Of a stretch of DNA of 13,228 nucleotides, positions 8,304 through 13,228 are shown piece by piece. How positions within the stretch are numbered: the stretch's first letter is position 1; every line of letters starts with the position of its first letter. This DNA comes from Candidatus Nanohaloarchaea archaeon (lineage in GTDB: Archaea > Nanohalarchaeota > Nanosalinia > Nanosalinales > Nanosalinaceae). Made by a program: the position numbers and the translations under genes. The stretch is taken from assembly GCA_046539225.1 (NCBI GenBank), contig JBKHHG010000021.1, positions 1 through 13,228 on the forward strand. The letters run 5' to 3'. Under the pieces are notes generated by a model, which saw nothing but the letters and a program-made list of their open reading frames with translations, did not search any database and had not been told where the DNA came from.

Positions 8304-9890
8304 TTAGAACTGTTTCACCTCTGTGTTCCTGGTTTTGTAGTTTACTATGGTGACTTTTCCCGGATCTGGTTCGTGGCCGACTCTTTTCTGGAAAGGTGTC
8401 TGGGCCTGGAATGTAGAGGAACAGATTACGTTGGTGCCTTTGTAGGATGAGTTGGCGTGGCTGTGGAAATGCCCTGCGACAAAGACGTCCGGTTCTTCTT
8501 CTATTATCAGTGGATCTTTTGAGTCGGGAGCTATAAGGTTGGATCCGAAAGTTGGTGCGAGGTGCCTTCTCTTCAGGAGATCTATCATAAGGTGTTCAGG
8601 CTGTTCGTAGGCCTTTTCCCGCAGTTCTTTTATCTGGTCGGCGTGCTGGTCGAAGGAGTAGCCGTGGTACATCAGGTTTTTGATGCCTTTTGACTCCACG
8701 GCGTGAAGCCTGACCATCTGAGGGTTCTGGACACGGTGAAAGTTGTTGTAGTCTGAGATACTTGGGAATACATTTTTGTCAAGCCTTGGCTGGGGCTCTG
8801 CTAAACGGGTTATATCGTGGTTTCCAGGCCCGGCTATAACCTGTATGTCTTCCGGGATCTTTTCGAACCACTGCTCGAAGGCCTGGTACTGTTTGTAGAT
8901 GTCCGCGATCTCAAGCTCTTCGTCCTGTCCCGGGTAGACACCGACTCCTTCCACGAGGTCGCCAGAGATCACGAGATATCCAACGTCTTTGGCGTCCTCT
9001 GTTGAAAGCCAGTCCGCGAAACGGTCCAGCCTCTTGTGCAGCGTATCCTGGGAGCCGATATGAAGATCGGAGATGTACGCAGCTTTTACCTGCTGCTCCG
9101 TAGTCTTTGTACCCTGTGGGATCGGCAGGTCAGGCCTAACCACAGAATCAGCGTAGATTATGTCGCCTCCCATGGAGCCTTTGGCGCCGATAACCTCATC
9201 GGGAACGATCAGGTCGCCTTCTCTCTCCCCTACAAGAAGCTTGAAGGTTCCTGTCTTGTCCTCTATCTCTACAATGTATTTTCCGTTTCTCGTCGAGTAC
9301 TTATCCTTTACAAGGCCTATAGTCGTCGCTTCTTCCCCCTCGCTTCTTCTTTCCAGTCTGTTGATGGTTGTAGCGGACTTCATCTCTCTGTGCCGCATCA
9401 GCATCTTCTTCATCCTGTCGTAACGGTCGTTGAAAGCACCGAGAAACTCGGGAACGTCTTTCTCGCCCTCTGTAATATCCCTGTCATCCAAAACTTCAAC
9501 TTTCGTAGTCTTTCTGTCTCTACTACCTGAATCCTTGATCTTCACGGTTTTTGACCTGGAGAAATGGGAGCTCCTGTTCGAGTAGATCTCATCCGAGGCC
9601 TTTTCCTCTTCAGGTTCTTCCTTCTTTTGGGACTGCGTTTCCGGCTCTTCTTTTTTCTGTTTAGGCCGCTCCGGTTCGACCTCTGTCCCTGAAGCAGTCA
9701 TAACCTGTTTCTGTTCAGGCCTTGCCTCGATCTTCTCCCTCAGTTTTTCAACCATGTTTTTGGAGACGTACATCGGAGTGGTCTCAAGGTTCTTGATCTG
9801 CTCGACATCGTCGCTGTTCAAGATCTCGGCGGCGTCTCTCTCAACCATGCAGCCCTGTTTCGTCAGCTCTTTTACCGCTTCTTCATTCAT
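8304..9890 (-). CDS. polB: DNA polymerase D small subunit DP1 (proofreading 3'-5' exonuclease)
   Basis: OB fold (TTIGLVKDKYSTRNGKYIVEIEDKTG) plus calcineurin-like phosphoesterase motifs ISDLHIGS, GDLVEG, PGNHD, YHG, LLKRRHLAPTFG and GHFH. Lies directly upstream of DP2. Confidence 0.97.
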   Translation of the reverse strand: MNEEAVKELTKQGCMVERDAAEILNSDDVEQIKNLETTPMYVSKNMVEKLREKIEARPEQKQVMTASGTEVEPERPKQKKEEPETQSQKKEEPEEEKASDEIYSNRSSHFSRSKTVKIKDSGSRDRKTTKVEVLDDRDITEGEKDVPEFLGAFNDRYDRMKKMLMRHREMKSATTINRLERRSEGEEATTIGLVKDKYSTRNGKYIVEIEDKTGTFKLLVGEREGDLIVPDEVIGAKGSMGGDIIYADSVVRPDLPIPQGTKTTEQQVKAAYISDLHIGSQDTLHKRLDRFADWLSTEDAKDVGYLVISGDLVEGVGVYPGQDEELEIADIYKQYQAFEQWFEKIPEDIQVIAGPGNHDITRLAEPQPRLDKNVFPSISDYNNFHRVQNPQMVRLHAVESKGIKNLMYHGYSFDQHADQIKELREKAYEQPEHLMIDLLKRRHLAPTFGSNLIAPDSKDPLIIEEEPDVFVAGHFHSHANSSYKGTNVICSSTFQAQTPFQKRVGHEPDPGKVTIVNYKTRNTEVKQF

Positions 9891-9914
9891 GTTTTCTCCC
9901 CCTTTTTCAAACCT

Positions 9915-11120
9915 CTAAATGTAGAACTTGTCCTCGACCATCTCACGCAGTTTCGCCCTGATGTTCTCCGACAGGTCTACGCTTATCTGCCGCGTTCTAC
10001 CGTAACGGCCTTTCGAAATCACTTTGGCATTGACAACGCCCAGCATATCAAGCTCGGAGATAAGGCCTGAAACACGTCTCTGAGTCAGCTCCGAAATCTC
10101 CAGGTCTTCACATAGCTCCTTGTACTCGCTGTAGACATCGCCGGTCGCGATCTCATCCTCGTCCTCAGTCATCTCCAGTATAGTATACAGCACAAGCTTT
10201 GAATGTTTAGGCTGAGAACGCACTGTCTCAACCACTCTATCCCTCTCAATCTTGTCCTGAGCCCTGTCAACATGCTCCTTCTCTATAATATCCGACTCAG
10301 ATCTCTCAGAGAGCTCGCCCGCCACACGCAGAAGATCCAATGCTCTTCTCGCGTCACCGTGCTCCTGAGCGGCGAGAGCAGAACACTTCGAGATAACACC
10401 GTCCTTCAACGTATCCTCTACAAAGGCCTTATCCGTCCTGTCCTTCAGAATCTTCCTGAGCTCTATAGCATTGTAAGGCGGAAAGATTATCTCCTCTTCC
10501 GACAGAGAAGACTTAACACGGGAATCCATGTAATCAGTAAAGTTCAAATCATTTGAAATACCCAGGATCGAGACCTTTGTCTCATGCAGGTCATCGTTAA
10601 TCCTTGTAAGGTTGTAGAGAAACTCGTCGCCAACCTTTTTCACCAAGGCATCTATCTCATCCAGTGCAATCACTACAACGCCTTTCTGATCCTGCAGAGC
10701 ACTGAAAAACCTGTTGTAGATCTCATCGGTCGGAAGGCCTGTCGAAGGAACCTCTTCGCCCAGCTGGCGGGCGAGTTTAGCAAGTAAACGGTACTCAGTA
10801 TCAGCCACTTTCTTCATCTTGCAGTTAATATATATTATATCGACATCGATATCCTTGTCGTCCGCCACGCTCTTCAGCTGATCCGTAACATGTTTTACAA
10901 CCAGCGTCTTCCCTGTGCCGACGCTGCCATAGACAAAAACGTTGCTGGGATCATTTCCCTTCAAGCTGGGCGCGAGGATAGAAGCAAGCTCGTCTATCTG
11001 GTCATCCCTGTGCAGAATGTTGTCAGGCCTGTAGTTCGTGGTTAAAGCATCCTTGTTTTTGAAGACTGAGTCCTTGTCGACGTAACTTGAGAACATCGAC
11101 TGCAGACCTTCCTTACTCAT
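9915..11120 (-). CDS. cdc6: Orc1/Cdc6 replication initiator
   Basis: Walker A GSVGTGKT, YINC, Walker B LDEID, GDARRALDLL, winged-helix GRYGRTR. ATG 11120 has GGAGG 7 nt upstream (the track starts two codons earlier at GTG 11126). Adjacent to ORBs. Confidence 0.97.
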   Translation of the reverse strand: MSKEGLQSMFSSYVDKDSVFKNKDALTTNYRPDNILHRDDQIDELASILAPSLKGNDPSNVFVYGSVGTGKTLVVKHVTDQLKSVADDKDIDVDIIYINCKMKKVADTEYRLLAKLARQLGEEVPSTGLPTDEIYNRFFSALQDQKGVVVIALDEIDALVKKVGDEFLYNLTRINDDLHETKVSILGISNDLNFTDYMDSRVKSSLSEEEIIFPPYNAIELRKILKDRTDKAFVEDTLKDGVISKCSALAAQEHGDARRALDLLRVAGELSERSESDIIEKEHVDRAQDKIERDRVVETVRSQPKHSKLVLYTILEMTEDEDEIATGDVYSEYKELCEDLEISELTQRRVSGLISELDMLGVVNAKVISKGRYGRTRQISVDLSENIRAKLREMVEDKFYI

Positions 11121-11161
11121 CGACACCCCTCCTCTAATACAATCATCTTAACCCCTGTAAA

Positions 11162-11180
11162 GTTCTACTTGAAATAAAGG
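11162..11180 (+). promoter_or_regulatory. ORB1 (degenerate/mini-ORB, short G-string)
   Basis: GTTCTACTTGAAATAAAGG matches the TTCCAnTnGAAAnnAAGGGG pattern with one core mismatch. It is about 40 nt upstream of the cdc6 start. Confidence 0.65.
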
Positions 11181-11209
11181 CTTATATTTGCTTCCATCTG
11201 AAGGCCCAA

Positions 11210-11235
11210 CCCCCACCCCCTTATTTCGTATGGAA
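11210..11235 (-). promoter_or_regulatory. ORB2 with extended G-string
   Basis: The minus strand reads TTCCATACGAAATAAGGGGGTGGGGG. Confidence 0.85.
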
Positions 11236-11256
11236 AATTCTGTGAGCCGAATCTCC

Positions 11257-11313
11257 GAGATATAACGGTGTTATAATAGTATTAGTTTGTTATACAGATA
11301 TACGCCTGTTATA
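11257..11313 (+). repeat. Three degenerate 19-bp units, each ending in TGTTATA
   Basis: TGTTATA at 11269, 11288 and 11307 (exact 19-nt period). Units: GAGATATAACGGTGTTATA / ATAGTATTAGTTTGTTATA / CAGATATACGCCTGTTATA. Confidence 0.65.
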
Positions 11314-11342
11314 TCTTCTAACCGCGACCTGGAAAAACAAAA

Positions 11343-11366
11343 CTCCACTCGAAATCAAGGGGGTGG
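11343..11366 (+). promoter_or_regulatory. ORB3, G-string pointing to the DUE
   Basis: CTCCACTCGAAATCAAGGGGGTGG. Confidence 0.88.
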
Positions 11367-11409
11367 CTGCTTCAGGCCTCGAGAACTCGAATCAGTAAAC
11401 GCACAGAAA

Positions 11410-11580
11410 CTCGCATATAAATTCTTGCATACAAAGTTCGACTCTCTTACCACAAAAGTATAGACCTGTAGAACACTATTAAAAACCATATACTAACTTC
11501 TAAGATCTTTAAAATACCAGAAATATTTTTCAAACCTTTTATTCTTGTATCAAGCCTGTAATAAACCTCTGTTTCTGTAT
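11410..11580. other. AT-rich DNA unwinding element (approximate limits)
   Basis: Visibly AT-rich non-coding tract (e.g. CTATTAAAAACCATATACTAA, TTTAAAATA, AAATATTTTTCAAA) between inverted ORB3 and ORB4. Confidence 0.7.
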
Positions 11581-11603
11581 CAGGAGCTTCTAAGGCCTCA
11601 GAA

Positions 11604-11625
11604 CACCCCTTTGTTTCAAGTGGAG
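11604..11625 (-). promoter_or_regulatory. ORB4, inverted relative to ORB3
   Basis: The minus strand reads CTCCACTTGAAACAAAGGGGTG. Confidence 0.88.
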
Positions 11626-11672
11626 ATAGGCCTGTATATGGTTTAATAGAGTCGGGTCTATAGTTTTTTCAG

Positions 11673-11825
11673 ATGAGTAATTCTTCCAGGGAAGACGGCA
11701 GGGACCAGGCCGGAGAAGTTGCAAAGACAGCAGCCTCCCTGGTTTCAGGTGCAGTAATTATGTGTTTCAGACTTTTACAGTCGGTGCTTTCAACCGCGTT
11801 CAGAATCCTGGCTACTCTGGCATAA
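11673..11825 (+). CDS. Putative 50-aa small protein with hydrophobic/amphipathic C-terminal helix
   Basis: Hand translation: MSNSSREDGRDQAGEVAKTAASLVSGAVIMCFRLLQSVLSTAFRILATLA*. TTTAATA at 11642-11648 sits 25-31 nt upstream of the ATG. Shorter than any ORF in the supplied track. Confidence 0.55.
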   Translation: MSNSSREDGRDQAGEVAKTAASLVSGAVIMCFRLLQSVLSTAFRILATLA

Positions 11826-11876
11826 AAAATGGAAAACATGTAATCTTTTGCAACATATTTGAGTACAGGAAAACTC

Positions 11877-11895
11877 TGTATAACACTGTTATACA
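11877..11895. promoter_or_regulatory. Perfect palindrome TGTATAACA-C-TGTTATACA, candidate operator
   Basis: 9-bp arms with a 1-nt spacer, 16 nt upstream of a TTTTAA box (11912-11917) that precedes the glycosyltransferase ATG. Confidence 0.55.
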
Positions 11896-11948
11896 AACCG
11901 GTTGGAAGAGATTTTAAGCATCGAGCAGAATACAGGATTAGAGGCCTG

Positions 11949-12695
11949 ATGAATAGAGACGATACCGTGTTTGTATACACATTAAGCAGCAGAAAGAAGA
12001 TGGCGCAGCAAGCGCTCCGCTCAATCGCCACATTGAAACACTACGTGGAAGAGGAAAAGATCAAAATCTTCTACACCCTGCCCTACAGTGAAGAAGATGA
12101 AAAGGCCTTGAAAGCTACAGGAGCCGAACTAATCAAGAAAGAAAACCAGACAGAGGCCTTCAACGTATCAAGATCTCTTCCGGAAAGCCACTACGGAGAA
12201 AAAATCAATTTATGCAGTATTGATGCGGAGAACGTGGTCTTCCTCGACTGCGACACTATTATAGGAAACAACATATGGGAGGTACTGGAAGGCGATTTCG
12301 AATTTAAAGCGAGGCCTTCGGAAGAGATAGATAGTGATAATAGAGAGTGGCAGGCCTTATTCGGCCGAAACAACGAAGAATATCTGCCCTGGATGCCCAA
12401 TGCAGGTTTTCTAGTGTTCAAGAACGGTTTTCACAGAGAAATAAAGAATAAATGGGTTAAGTATGTCAACAAGGATCTGGATTTCCAGGTGGACAAAGTC
12501 AGCCACGATGAGCAATACGCATTGGCGTTAGCAGTATCAGGAGCGGATATAGAAGAGATGAATCCAAAAGAGCATGTGTTTGAATACTTGGGTGAAAAGA
12601 CAGCAAACGCTTATGTGTACCACGTAGATCACGCGGCAGGGAGCAACATGATAAACCTGGTCAAGAACTACGCCAAGAGGCTGAAAAAATGGTAA
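11949..12695 (+). CDS. GT-A fold glycosyltransferase-like protein (GT8-like), about 248 aa
   Basis: N-terminal 'VFVY...ALRSIATLK', DxD motif VVFLDCDT, PNAGFLVF, DEQYALALAV, late VYH. ATG 11949 (GAGG upstream, TATA at 11912) is preferred over the track's TTG 11859. Confidence 0.75.
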   Translation: MNRDDTVFVYTLSSRKKMAQQALRSIATLKHYVEEEKIKIFYTLPYSEEDEKALKATGAELIKKENQTEAFNVSRSLPESHYGEKINLCSIDAENVVFLDCDTIIGNNIWEVLEGDFEFKARPSEEIDSDNREWQALFGRNNEEYLPWMPNAGFLVFKNGFHREIKNKWVKYVNKDLDFQVDKVSHDEQYALALAVSGADIEEMNPKEHVFEYLGEKTANAYVYHVDHAAGSNMINLVKNYAKRLKKW

Positions 12696-13228
12696 AAATT
12701 TTACTGGCCTCAAGACATGGAGGCCATGCAACCAGAACACATCTGGTAAAAGAAGTACTGGAGGAAGAATACGAAGATCCAGAATATGTAGTGGCCACAG
12801 ACTACAAAGATGACTACGAATATGGAGAGAAAAAGTACAGGGTAGACAGCTTCAGAGCTACAAATGGAAACTTTTACAGGCCTGTAAAAGCACTGAAAAA
12901 CCTGTTTAAATCAGGACACATCTTGAGAAAAGAGAGGCCTGACGTCGTTGTATGCTATGGAGCAAACACATCGCTAATTTTAGGATTTTTGTCCACTTTT
13001 ACATCCTCTAAAGTGATAGCGGTCGAGTCAGAGAACAGGACCCAACAACCCAGCATGTCGCCCAAGATACTCAACAGGTTCGGAGCAGAAGTATGGGCGT
13101 CCTACAATGATATAATGGACAAGTACCCCAGAGACAATATAGTGAACAAGGGCCTAATCCAGAGAAGAAGCTACGAAGAATACCGGTCAGAAGAAAAAGA
13201 AGGAACACTGGTAATCCCATCTTCAACA
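12689..13228 (+). CDS. Alg14/PssD/MurG N-terminal-like GT-B glycosyltransferase, truncated by the window end
   Basis: Hand translation, open for 180 codons: MVKILLASRHGGHA...LRKERPDVVVCYGAN...KVIAVESENRTQQPSMSPKIL.... The GGH, RPDVV and ESxxR...PS motifs are typical of this family. The start overlaps the upstream stop by 7 nt. Confidence 0.8.
   Translation, partial: MVKILLASRHGGHATRTHLVKEVLEEEYEDPEYVVATDYKDDYEYGEKKYRVDSFRATNGNFYRPVKALKNLFKSGHILRKERPDVVVCYGANTSLILGFLSTFTSSKVIAVESENRTQQPSMSPKILNRFGAEVWASYNDIMDKYPRDNIVNKGLIQRRSYEEYRSEEKEGTLVIPSST

Larger units (their letters stand above)
11130..11640. other. Chromosomal replication origin (oriC)
   Basis: Non-coding region upstream of cdc6 with four ORB-like elements. 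An inward-facing ORB pair brackets an AT-rich tract, and gene orientation switches here. Confidence 0.9.

Noticed and set aside
2774..10787. Many 60-165 aa ORFs overlapping GNAT, DP2, DP1 and cdc6
   Set aside because: They lie within well-supported genes. Their Ser/Leu/Phe-rich or Arg-rich sequences are what the other frames of Glu/Lys-rich genes produce.
8304..11120. Additional inteins in DP1 or Cdc6
   Set aside because: Lengths are normal and there are no splicing blocks. The extra DP1 N-terminal region is a low-complexity charged linker.
11257..11313. CRISPR or mini-array interpretation of the periodic repeats
   Set aside because: The units are only 19 bp with a 7-bp conserved core, there are no spacer-sized unique segments, and no cas genes are in the window.
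11669..12031. 120-aa minus-strand ORF beside the origin
   Set aside because: It overlaps the glycosyltransferase start and the better-supported 50-aa plus-strand ORF, is not acidic, and has no recognisable motif.
12800..12820. DYKDDYE peptide resembling a FLAG tag
   Set aside because: Only a partial match, internal to an acidic natural ORF, with no vector or other synthetic sequence nearby.

Overview
Archaeal chromosomal window. The strongly acidic proteins, moderate GC and DPANN-like genes point to a nanohaloarchaeon (inference). It is centred on a replication origin at about 11130-11640, made of four ORB elements and an AT-rich unwinding region. Left of the origin, all genes are on the minus strand: cdc6/orc1, PolD small subunit DP1, PolD large subunit DP2 (carrying a 491-aa LAGLIDADG intein), a GNAT-family protein, a CBS-pair/zinc-ribbon protein, and a tightly coupled cluster of three mutually paralogous unknown proteins. 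Right of the origin, on the plus strand, are an uncalled 50-aa ORF, a GT-A/GT8-like glycosyltransferase and a truncated Alg14/MurG-like glycosyltransferase. The most notable unexplained signals are: (1) the palindrome AGGCCT, seen about 47 times by eye against about 3 expected, and also placed just past the ORB G-strings; (2) the three-paralog cluster; (3) a non-ORB TATAAC-N3-GTTATA palindrome and 19-bp TGTTATA array at the origin; (4) Ala in place of the usual Cys in DP2 RRN(C)DGDED, with the intein sitting at another site 30 residues downstream.
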